Source: a virus. Taken from it: a stretch of 64,000 nt of DNA. The number at the start of each line of letters is the position of its first letter. Positions within the stretch are counted from its first letter, which is position 1. The stretch spans positions 41,614 through 105,613 of the IMG/VR virus record IMGVR_UViG_3300025669_000020; one strand, written 5' to 3'. Under the pieces are notes generated by a model. That model was not told the origin of the DNA. It made no database searches and saw nothing but the letters and a program-made list of their open reading frames with translations. Below, in pieces: positions 18,833 to 28,022 of this stretch. The position numbers and the translations under genes are program-made.

Positions 18833-20601
18833 CCAAGAACACACTTGAGAAACCTCCGTTCCCGGAGAAGGCCCCCACTTCACAGAAGCGATTGGCCTCT
18901 ACCTCCATGTCAGAACCCCAGGAAGGTCGTGTAGTGGCCAAGGTGCGCCCGCGCCCCAAGGTCAAGACAGGAAAGCCCAAGCGGCTGGACAAGGTCGCTG
19001 CAATGCGGGTGGCCTCCTGTGGTGGCGGCGGTCTTTCAACCTCTGGCTCGGAAAGTGCCTCCTTCGGCAACTTCTACAGCCCAGAGCTGTCCACGGACTT
19101 CTTGGAGCTGGCACAGTCCAAGACTGAGCAGTGGGCCTACTACCGCTTCTTCTACAACGCCGATCCCTTTGTGGGACAAGCCATCGATCTCCATACGGAG
19201 CTGCCCCTCTCCCGTGTACGCTTGGACATCCCCGAGGCCAAGAGCCGTGAATTGGCGATGAAGTCCACCCGGTTCTGTAAGCACTGGGCGAAGGACATTC
19301 AGCTCTTGCGGAAGCTGTGGGGTGTGCTCCATGAGTATCACCTCATTGGGGTCGTCAACATCTACATCGAGGACAACAACCCGGAGATGCCGGAAGAGGT
19401 CCGAATCGAAAGGGTGCGGGAACTCCAGGAGGACGGCACCCTGGTAGAAGAGGAGCAGGAGCTGGAGGACGCTGACGAAAGGTCCGTGGCATGGCTCAAG
19501 AAGAACTACAAGGGTTGGACAGGGTTCCGTGTCATCCCCCCAGAGCAGGTGCATGTTGAGGGGTTCCCCTCCACAGATCTGAAGCTGGTGGAGATGATCC
19601 CCGATGCCAAGACCCGCAAGCTCGTCATGGCAGCAGACAGCGGGGACGCTCGTTCCGCATCCATCGTCAACACGATGGCTCCTGAGATCGTAGAAGCCGC
19701 ACGCACAGGTCAGAATGTTCCCCTGAACACCGACCCAGATGCAGGCAGCTTCGTCCATGTCCTCGAAAACAAGAAGTGCCCCTACCAGGATGGTGGGCAG
19801 TCCATCTTGGAGCGGTGTATCCGCACCCTGGTGTTCTGGGACAAGCTCCGCCAGGCCAACACCTCCATCGCTTCCCGGCACATGACCCCTATTCGGGTTG
19901 TGTACGCAGAGGACATGGACATGGCCGACGTGGAGAACCTGCGTGACCAGGTGGACATGGCCCTGCAGGATCCCGATTTCTCCATCATCGCCAACTTCCA
20001 GATCACCTGGGACGAGATGGGGTCGGATCAGCGTCTGCTAGACCTGTCCAGTGAATACGAGTTCGTGCGGCAACAGCTGTTCGCGGGTTTGGGAGTCACG
20101 GAAGGTCTGCTCACAGGTGAGTCCAGCTACTCCGGTGACCGCATCCATCTGGATGTGATCAACACTCGGTACATGCTGCTCCGTGAGGTCATTCAGGAGT
20201 TCGTGGAAGAGCAGCTCCTGAAGCCGATGTGCAGGCGCATGGGCTTTATCGAGGAGGATGAGGACGGCCGTGATGTCGTCATCTACCCGAAGTTCAGCTT
20301 CACACGGTTGGCTCTGCGGGACAACGCGGACACTTTCGATGCCATGCTCAACCTCTACCAGAAGGGGAGCCTGGACATTGATGCCATCCTGGAACTGCTG
20401 AATATCGATCCGGTGGCCACGAAGGAGAAGCTGGACAGGGACAAGTTCACCCTGAACGATGCTGCCTTCAGCGAGGTGCTTCGAGGCATCTACGGTGAGG
20501 CAGGACGTGCATTGGCGGCAGATTCCGACGTGTTGGAGATCATTGCCAAGAACCTGGGGCTGAAATATGAGAAGCCCAAGGAAGAAGGCGGAAGGTACTA
20601 G
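18829..20601 (+). CDS. Portal protein
   Basis: Position after TerL; FYNADPFVGQAIDLHTELPLS, G.SILERC.RTL, GLGVTEGLLTGE; size fits. Confidence 0.8.
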   Translation: MTKNTLEKPPFPEKAPTSQKRLASTSMSEPQEGRVVAKVRPRPKVKTGKPKRLDKVAAMRVASCGGGGLSTSGSESASFGNFYSPELSTDFLELAQSKTEQWAYYRFFYNADPFVGQAIDLHTELPLSRVRLDIPEAKSRELAMKSTRFCKHWAKDIQLLRKLWGVLHEYHLIGVVNIYIEDNNPEMPEEVRIERVRELQEDGTLVEEEQELEDADERSVAWLKKNYKGWTGFRVIPPEQVHVEGFPSTDLKLVEMIPDAKTRKLVMAADSGDARSASIVNTMAPEIVEAARTGQNVPLNTDPDAGSFVHVLENKKCPYQDGGQSILERCIRTLVFWDKLRQANTSIASRHMTPIRVVYAEDMDMADVENLRDQVDMALQDPDFSIIANFQITWDEMGSDQRLLDLSSEYEFVRQQLFAGLGVTEGLLTGESSYSGDRIHLDVINTRYMLLREVIQEFVEEQLLKPMCRRMGFIEEDEDGRDVVIYPKFSFTRLALRDNADTFDAMLNLYQKGSLDIDAILELLNIDPVATKEKLDRDKFTLNDAAFSEVLRGIYGEAGRALAADSDVLEIIAKNLGLKYEKPKEEGGRY

Positions 20602-20610
20602 GAGTAGACC

Positions 20611-20796
20611 ATGACCGACAACCGTGAGACATTTGATGCCCTGTACGACCTGTACCAGAAAGGAGCACTGGACAGCGATCAAGTCCTGCAGGCGCTCGAC
20701 ATCGACCCCGAAGCCGTCAGGGGAAAGATGGTTCGGGGTGGGGATATTGATGCTCTGGCAGCGATAGACAAGTACATCGCGTCGTTGGAGAGCTAA
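20611..20796 (+). CDS. Mini-paralog of the portal C-terminal region
   Basis: DNRETFDALYDLYQKGALDSDQVLQALDIDP vs portal DNADTFDAMLNLYQKGSLDIDAILELLNIDP; own AGGAG RBS. Confidence 0.7.
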   Translation: MTDNRETFDALYDLYQKGALDSDQVLQALDIDPEAVRGKMVRGGDIDALAAIDKYIASLES

Positions 20797-21161
20797 GCCG
20801 CTCCCCCGTAGCTGCCGCTCATCAACCGTGCATGGTACTCCTGTGTGTACAGGTGGTAGGCTGCTTCATAGCCTGCGTTTTTGATCATCCGGAGCCCTTC
20901 CTCATCGGCTTCCCGTTCGTTGTTGGTACGGGCAATGATGTGGCCTGTCTCGTGGGCCAAGATCACCAACAGGTGTTCCTCTGTGAACCAGTCCTCTGAC
21001 AGAATACGGCCGTCCACAACGATGATCGGGGTTTTGATATCCTCACCAAACAAGGCGCAGGCATAGGTGTGGTCAAAGCGGCTGGGCTCATCCCCTGGAT
21101 CAATGACCAGGACAGGGATGCTCTTATCGAAGGGGCTCCACGGGGGGCATGTAATTGACAC
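20793..21161 (-). CDS. Zincin (HExxH) metallopeptidase, moron-like
   Basis: VILAHETGHI...EREAD; AGGAGG RBS; antisense to the head operon. Confidence 0.7.
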   Translation of the reverse strand: MSITCPPWSPFDKSIPVLVIDPGDEPSRFDHTYACALFGEDIKTPIIVVDGRILSEDWFTEEHLLVILAHETGHIIARTNNEREADEEGLRMIKNAGYEAAYHLYTQEYHARLMSGSYGGAA

Positions 21162-21258
21162 AGGGCCTCCTTTTTTACTAAGCGTGCCTCTACCTAATTG
21201 ACTCAGGTATCAACCCATTCCCTGAGTTTCCGCCCAAAGAGCAGGGGCCACCGTGGGT

Positions 21259-21289
21259 CGGTATTTCCTCTATGGCTATGGGGGGTCAG
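21259..21289 (+). promoter_or_regulatory. Putative phage late promoter motif
   Basis: CGGT-atttcct-CTAT...GTCAG. Confidence 0.6.
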
Positions 21290-21300
21290 AGGTTTAGAAG

Positions 21301-24300
21301 ATGCCAAAGCCACTGCCAGCACAGACGGGTTCTCTAAAAACCGCTGCCGATGTAGGGACAGACACGGCGGAGATTTATGCAATCTCCCCGGAAATGCTCT
21401 ACAGGGTTCTCCAACGCAAGACGTGGGAAGAGACTGCCCGTGGGGTGTGGGGTGACAGCGATCACGGGAACATGCCCGGCCAGTGGGAGAAGATGCAGAG
21501 GATCATCCGGGAACATGGCGGGGCAGTGTTCCAGACAGGCAGGGATGGCTATTTCGATGTGAAGGTGCATGGGGGGGTTTCCGAGGGAGGGGCTATGGCT
21601 CCCTATGGGACTCTCAGTACGGAACGTGTGGCCTCGATGCACAGGGAGGCACTACGGGCCCAGGAGATGCTCAAGTGGGTGGTGCAGCCCCTCTCCTTCC
21701 TCTCCAAGCACCACAAGGACTTCATCAACGGTCCTGTAGACGACGTGATGGATCAGGCGTTCCGCGAGATCGCCCCCCATGTGGTCAAGGCTGTGGGGGA
21801 GGCAGAGATCGATGCCGACGTGGATGAATTCCACGATGGGGCCATTCGGGGGAAGTGGGACTATGATCGTGAGCTTCTGTCAGACCCCCCTCGCAGAGAG
21901 ACCGAGGACTTCATCGAGGGGTACACTTGGGGGTTCCAGCACCCTGACATGGTGGGCACCAGGGAGCTGCCTGCTCGGGTCAAGAAGCAGGTGGTCGAGG
22001 ATGCCATCCAAGAATTCCGCCACAAGGTGACGGAGAAGGTTGTCCTGAAGGCACTCCGCTCTGTCTGGGGCAGAGTCAATCCCCTGGAGACATTCAGGAC
22101 CATCATCCGCATGACCAAGAAGCACGGGTGGAAGCTCGGCCTGTTCATCGCCAGTGTGGAGATCCTGGAAACCTTCGTGATGCCCGCCGTGCTCATTCAC
22201 ATCACGGGTAATGCAGCTCTGGCGGTTACGGGTCAACTCCCCTTGAGCGAGATCCTGTACGCCATCATTTTCCCCATCATGTTCCGAGGGAAGGCCGTGG
22301 ACACGTTCACACCTGACGGCCACCTGGACTGGTATGAAGCCTTGTATGGAATGGTGCGGGTGGCAGAGCGGACACCGCAGTCAAACAAACTTCAGGCGAC
22401 GATGGCGGTTTTTGAGGATGTTGTGGGGAACGCTGCCCGGGCTACAGGTCACCTTGGGTGGACGCGAAAAGTCCTGTCGCCAGAGCAGCAGCAGAAAATG
22501 GTGGTGGACTTGAATGGCAGTGCTAGGAACCTGCTTCCTTTGCTCACTTTCAAGTTTGAGAATCCTGCTCAAGAGGCTGGGTACAAGAAGTATCTGAACA
22601 GGATGCGGAACTACCGCAAGATGGTGAAGTCCTTCACGGTTGTGAAGGACTGGGATGACGTTGTAGCTGTGTGCGACAAAATATCTACCAAGTCCAAGGG
22701 GGTCTGGGAGAAGGTGCGGGAGTATGGCAGGGAAGTTCAGGGCGTGCTTGACACCGTGGACACGGAGGTCCAGGGCTCCTTTGCTGTGGGGAAATTCCGG
22801 GTGATCCTGATGTCCTCCGCAAATGGTGTGTGGGATAACGAGATGCTGGAGCGCACCCGGCACGTGTTGCACAAGACCTCCCAGCTTATGGGCAAACACG
22901 GCATGGGGAAGCTCGCAGCAGGCAATGTCTGGGCGTACTCGTCACCCTCCATTCCAGGCAGGAGCAGTGTCGTTGCGTGGTATCGGATGGCAGACGATGC
23001 CTTGTGCCTTGCTTGTGGGTCCGGATGGTGGATGAGGCGCAGTATGGATGACATCCTCAAGACCCTGGTGCATGAGCTGGGGCATCGGGCCTATTTCAAG
23101 ATCCTGGGTGGCAGCGGCCGTAAGGCGTGGGCTGACTTTTTCGAGCTGTCCCAGGAAGTCCCTGATGTGCAGGGTATGATCTCCCGCTGGGAGCGTTATG
23201 TGGAGGGCGCAGGCTCTGACCTGGAGGAATTCCGGCGTGGGCATCTGCAGCGGTATCTTCCCATTGTGAAGAAACGAGATGCCAAAGAGAAATACGACTC
23301 CTACCGCGGGTACCCCACCAAGACATCGATTTCGGGTCTGCAAGCCCTGAAGGACAAGGCCAACAGCATCAAGGTGTTCATGCACCCCGTGACGGTCTAC
23401 TCTGCCTCCAACGAGGCAGAGCTGTTTGCTGAGGTGTTCTCCCATTACATCGTATATGGGCCACAGGCCATTGCACCCGTGGTGCAAGATCAATTCAAGA
23501 GGGCACTCCCCATGGCACGACTAGGCAAAGAAAAAATCCCCGGTGGCCTCTCGGAAGGCAAGGACACCAGCGACCTCGATCCCAAAGAGATGGCGATGGG
23601 GGTCAAGGTTGAAATGGAGCATACTGGAGATCCCGCCCTGGCAAAAGAGATCGCTTCTGATCACCTTGTGGAAATCTCCGACTACTACACTCGTCTGAAG
23701 AAGATGGAGGCTGAAGCCGAGAAGCCTGGCAAGAAGGCCGCTGCCCAGAATGGCAAGAGCACCGGCAACCGCAAGTCCGTGGGCTTCTTCATCCCTCTCC
23801 CCAAGGAGCTGGCGGCGCAGTATCCGAGCAGGGCTCCTGTGGACAAATCCGCACCCCATGTGACCTTGCTCTATGTGGGTGAAGTGACTGCAGCACGGGA
23901 GAAGGAATTCCTGGCTGTGGTGACCAAGGTGATGGCTTCGGAGCCTGGCCCCATCAAGGCTGCCATCGGAGGGGTGGACTACTTCCGGCAGCCTGACAAG
24001 GACCAGTCGGTAGCCATCCAGACGATCAAGTTCTCTCGGGACGTGGGCGAGATGAAGAAGCGTCTGAGGGGTGCCTTGGAGGATGCGGACTTCGTGGTGG
24101 AGGACTCGTTCCCCGGTGCCTACAGGAGCCACACGACCCTGGCCTACCTGGACGGTACGGACTCCGTGTATGAGGGGCCTGTGCCTGTGGGTTCCTGGGA
24201 GTTCGACAGTGTCCCTGTGTGGGGGTTGCCCTCCAACCATGACATTCCCCTGGGGGAGTGGACGCAAGAGGCCCCTGTCAACCGCACGGCTGCTCTGGTT

Positions 24301-24336
24301 GAGGCCTGGGGTTCAATTCTGTGCCGTGAGGTGTAG
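21301..24336 (+). CDS. Polyprotein: hydrophobic hairpin domain, zincin (HELGH), DUF5661-like, 2H phosphoesterase
   Basis: LVHELGHR..ELFAEVF; MGVKVEMEHT..AKEIASDHL.EI.DYY; PHVTL and SHTTL 2H motifs. Confidence 0.8.
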   Translation: MPKPLPAQTGSLKTAADVGTDTAEIYAISPEMLYRVLQRKTWEETARGVWGDSDHGNMPGQWEKMQRIIREHGGAVFQTGRDGYFDVKVHGGVSEGGAMAPYGTLSTERVASMHREALRAQEMLKWVVQPLSFLSKHHKDFINGPVDDVMDQAFREIAPHVVKAVGEAEIDADVDEFHDGAIRGKWDYDRELLSDPPRRETEDFIEGYTWGFQHPDMVGTRELPARVKKQVVEDAIQEFRHKVTEKVVLKALRSVWGRVNPLETFRTIIRMTKKHGWKLGLFIASVEILETFVMPAVLIHITGNAALAVTGQLPLSEILYAIIFPIMFRGKAVDTFTPDGHLDWYEALYGMVRVAERTPQSNKLQATMAVFEDVVGNAARATGHLGWTRKVLSPEQQQKMVVDLNGSARNLLPLLTFKFENPAQEAGYKKYLNRMRNYRKMVKSFTVVKDWDDVVAVCDKISTKSKGVWEKVREYGREVQGVLDTVDTEVQGSFAVGKFRVILMSSANGVWDNEMLERTRHVLHKTSQLMGKHGMGKLAAGNVWAYSSPSIPGRSSVVAWYRMADDALCLACGSGWWMRRSMDDILKTLVHELGHRAYFKILGGSGRKAWADFFELSQEVPDVQGMISRWERYVEGAGSDLEEFRRGHLQRYLPIVKKRDAKEKYDSYRGYPTKTSISGLQALKDKANSIKVFMHPVTVYSASNEAELFAEVFSHYIVYGPQAIAPVVQDQFKRALPMARLGKEKIPGGLSEGKDTSDLDPKEMAMGVKVEMEHTGDPALAKEIASDHLVEISDYYTRLKKMEAEAEKPGKKAAAQNGKSTGNRKSVGFFIPLPKELAAQYPSRAPVDKSAPHVTLLYVGEVTAAREKEFLAVVTKVMASEPGPIKAAIGGVDYFRQPDKDQSVAIQTIKFSRDVGEMKKRLRGALEDADFVVEDSFPGAYRSHTTLAYLDGTDSVYEGPVPVGSWEFDSVPVWGLPSNHDIPLGEWTQEAPVNRTAALVEAWGSILCREV

Positions 24337-24339
24337 TAG

Positions 24340-26983
24340 ATGCATCCCAACCACTACAGAGTCGCCCAGATGCACCTGGAAGCTACCAGCCACAAGAAGT
24401 CCATCGTCCTCATGACGTTCCTGGCAGACCTTGCCCGGAGCCTCGGGGTCGGTCGGCATGTCTACGTCGTGGGTGGGGCAGTGCGGAATTTCGTGATCGA
24501 TGAGCCCATCAAGGACATCGATGTGGTCATCGACTCCCTGGCTCTCGGGGGAGGCAGGGACTCCGAGTGGTTCGCCAAGAAGGTCGTCAAGGCCATCCCC
24601 GTTCCCGTCAACATGGAGACCAACCAGTACGGTGTGGCCCTCCTCCATGTGAAGGGGGACTGGATTCTGGATGGGGACAACCTCAAGGGTGAGGACATCG
24701 AGATCGCCAACGCCCGCAAAGAGTCCTACGGCGGGGCCGAAGGGAAGGGCTACCGAGCCCCACATGGTAGAGCCCGCGACCATCGAGGAAGATGTGGTTC
24801 GAAGGGAATTCACCTTCAATTGTGTTGCGGGGGACACCCTTATCCCCACTGCGCAGGGCATTCTCCGAATCGATCAAATTGCTTCCCGTGAGGTTGGGGA
24901 TCAACAGGACATTCAAATCATGGTGGCAGGGCAGGAGGGTCCTGCTGAAGCTGTGGGGTGGCAGTACAGTGGGTTTGCTCCTACCTTGAGGGTAACAACG
25001 GGGTGGGGTCACACCCTCTCCTGTACGCATCACCATCCATTTCTGGTCCTTCGGGGGCATGGCCATGAGTGGATACAGGCGGATCAGCTTGATGAGGGGG
25101 ATCTGCTTTGTGTGCCTGTGCAGCAAATGATCCGTAGTACCTCATTGATCCTGGGGTTACCTGATCCTCCGAAACCCCGGACAGGTAAACTCAAGGAGGG
25201 GGTGGTAAAACCTGATGTGATGACACCTGAGCTGGCATTCGTGATCGGGTGTGTGGTGGCCGAAGGATCAAACACCCCTACTCGGGTCTCTTTCAGCAAT
25301 TCAGACCCCGCTTTCATTTCCCGGTATATCGAGTGCTTCAACGCTGTGTTCGGGTTCGTGCCCTCACGGAACAAGGTGGTTGAGAAGGGTTCTGTCCGTA
25401 CCCTGCGAGGTGTGGATTTTGTCGCCACTGCTGATGGTTACGACATCCTCGCTAACAGCAAGGCTGTGGTAGGATGGCTGCAAGACCTCGGCCTTTATTG
25501 CGGGGGATCCAAGGGGGGGAAATCTGCATCCCACCACAAGGTTGTGCCGTGGTCTATCCTCCAAGCCGACGAACAGAGCCAACGAGCGTTCCTTGCAGCT
25601 TATCTGGAGGGGGATGGGTGTCTCCACCACACGGGTCGCATCACATACTGTTCGGCATCTCATCAGGTGCGACAGCAGTTGCAGGTGCTTCTGGGCTCCC
25701 ACGGCATCTTGTCCAAGGTTAAGGACAGGTTCGTGTACATCAATGCTGTGGATTCCTCGCGGCTATGGGAGAAGATTCATCCGTGGATGGTCACCAAGAA
25801 ATTCGACTACACAGGCCGCGTGTTCAAGAGCCGCAACCGTTATGGCATTCCAGTGGACTACATTGCAGGGTTCCTCTCGGGCCGTAGACAGGCATCAGCG
25901 GGTAAGGCAGGGGTCGCCTACACAACAGATTCCGGGGATGCACAACCCCTTCGTGGGATGCACGACCCTGTCCGGTTAGTTCGCCGTCTTCTCCATGACG
26001 CATATGCTCGCGGGGATTTCAACGATTTCCTGGATGGTCTTAGGGTCATTAGTCCCAAGGAACACCTCAATCTCCAACGGTTGTTTGATCTCAGCTACCA
26101 ATATGTAGAGGTCACCTCTGTAGAAGATGCGGGCAAACAGGATGTATTCGACATCTCGATGGAAGAGGGGATGGAACCTGCATTTGTGGCGAATGGGGTG
26201 GTAGTACACAACACCCTCATGTGGCGGCTGCACGACCTGGCCCGAGGGCCGGACAAGGCAGAGATCATTGACCTCACCGGGTGCGGTCTGCGGGATTTGA
26301 AGAACCGCGAGCTGCGGTGCCCCTCGGACCCCGACAAGACCTTCTCGGATGACCCGACACGGCTGCTCCGTGTGGTCAAGTTCACCACGAAGTACGGGAT
26401 CAAGATTCCTGCTGACGTGAAGGCTTCCATCAAGCGGAATGCCCCCAAGCTGCGGAAGGCACCTCACAGTGCCCTGTCCAACCTGCTGATCAACACCGTG
26501 CTGGTGGAGCCATACGCCAAAAAGGCTCTCCATCAGATGAAGGACTTGGGTCTGCTGGACGTGCTGGCAGACATGGTGCGAGAGGTGAAGCCTTTCAGGG
26601 AGGCACTGCAGAGCTGGGTGTCCAACCAGCGGGTGCTCCTGATGTTCGACATCATGGACGTGGGGCTTCCCATGAACACCCCCATCGGGTGGCTGGACAA
26701 GGACCAGCAGAAGCGTCTGCGGGAGATCGCCCTTGGGATGGAGCCTGGTGAGGCCACGAAGTTCCTGGCTGTTTTGAAGCAGACTGGAAAGCTCTGGGGG
26801 GACAAGACCTTCTTCCACACCCTGGCTCAAGAGATGGGTGTAGAGCGGACTGGGATGGCAGTGTTCGGCAAGGCTCTTCAGGAAGTCGCCCGTGACATCA
26901 TTCTGTTTGACCCGACTCTGGCGTGGAAGCCCAAGGATATGCGGCAGTGGGCCCGTGAGCGGATGCGGGAAAAGCGGTTCTAG
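24340..26983 (+). CDS. cca: CCA-adding/poly(A) polymerase-family nucleotidyltransferase with intein; one extra base near 24754 joins two frames
   Basis: VGGAVRN..KDIDVV, ARKESY, then EEDVVRREFTFN, IIDLTG.GL.DL, TFSDDPTRLLR. Confidence 0.85.
24821..26212 (+). mobile_element. Intein (464 aa) with LAGLIDADG homing endonuclease
   Basis: Starts CVAGDT, block B TxxHPF, FVIGCVVAEGS and FLAAYLEGDG, ends FVANGVVVHN followed by Thr. Confidence 0.92.
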
Positions 26984-27076
26984 GTCCCCCGCCGAACAAA
27001 TTGTGTTTTCGTGGGTGGGCTTCTGGCTGTCCGAGCGTAGTAGGTTTGTGCGTCTACCTACCACGGAGTGACCTTC

Positions 27077-27982
27077 ATGCAGCCTTCCCCCCACAGCGTA
27101 GCCCAGCAGCATCGCAAGCTCCTGTCCAAGCTGGACGTGTCTGCCGACACCCTGGAAGCACAGCTCCAGGATCTGATCGACGGCGTCGAAGACCTGGATG
27201 AGGCTTCCAAGTCCCTGGGGTTCGATCTCCGTGAACTCCCCAAGCTGCTGAAGGAGCACAAGCACTCCGACGACGCGTACCACCGTGGTGAGACCATCAT
27301 GGAGCACATGCGGTGGGTGCTGGAGGATGTGGAGGCAGTCACCGTTGGGATGGATGAGCCCCGGCGTCGGATTCTGCGTGTGGTGGCTCTCCTGCACGAC
27401 GTGGGCAAGGCATGCACCTACGCCTGGGACGGCGAGAGGTGCAAGGCGACCTTCCACAACCACGACAAGAAGTCTGTGGAGATCGCCAAGGTGCTCCTGG
27501 CTCGGTTCGATGAAGATGTGGAGGACTACAAGCAGCATATCCTCGACATCGTGGCCAACCACGACAAGTTCTTCCAGCTGGGTGATGTGCGCCCCCTCAA
27601 CGGCGGCACCAAGTACCTGCGGAAGTTCACGGAGAAGGCAGTCAGCGTGGGTGAGCAGCTGGAGAACCTTGCGATGTTCGCCCGTGCGGACAGCTCCCGT
27701 GCCCGCACCATCCAGCAGACCCTGGACGAGATCCGTCTCGTCATGGCTGATGTGGTGGAGTACCGGGCCAAGGCCGAGCAGCAGAAGCTGGAGAAAGAAG
27801 AGGCAGCCATCAAGCTCCAGGAGAACATCGTCAAGTACCACGATGAGATCGCCGCTCTGGTGGATGCTGTCGTGCCTGGGCTGTCCAGCGAGCTTCCCGA
27901 CATCAAGGCAGTGAACAAGGGGCTCGGTACTGCTCGGGAGTACAGGGTGCTCAAGCAGCTGCAGGCTATCCTCACTCGCTAG
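27077..27982 (+). CDS. HD-domain phosphohydrolase (CCA-enzyme/PNKP-type HD)
   Basis: YH..ETIMEH, ALLHDVGK, FHNHD, IVANHD. Confidence 0.8.
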   Translation: MQPSPHSVAQQHRKLLSKLDVSADTLEAQLQDLIDGVEDLDEASKSLGFDLRELPKLLKEHKHSDDAYHRGETIMEHMRWVLEDVEAVTVGMDEPRRRILRVVALLHDVGKACTYAWDGERCKATFHNHDKKSVEIAKVLLARFDEDVEDYKQHILDIVANHDKFFQLGDVRPLNGGTKYLRKFTEKAVSVGEQLENLAMFARADSSRARTIQQTLDEIRLVMADVVEYRAKAEQQKLEKEEAAIKLQENIVKYHDEIAALVDAVVPGLSSELPDIKAVNKGLGTAREYRVLKQLQAILTR

Positions 27983-28007
27983 CCTGTCTATACCTCCGGG
28001 TGTGTGA
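27977..28007 (+). promoter_or_regulatory. Putative phage late promoter motif
   Basis: CGCT-agcctgt-CTAT-N12-GTGA. Confidence 0.55.
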
Positions 28008-28022
28008 CACCTGGAGTAGTTG

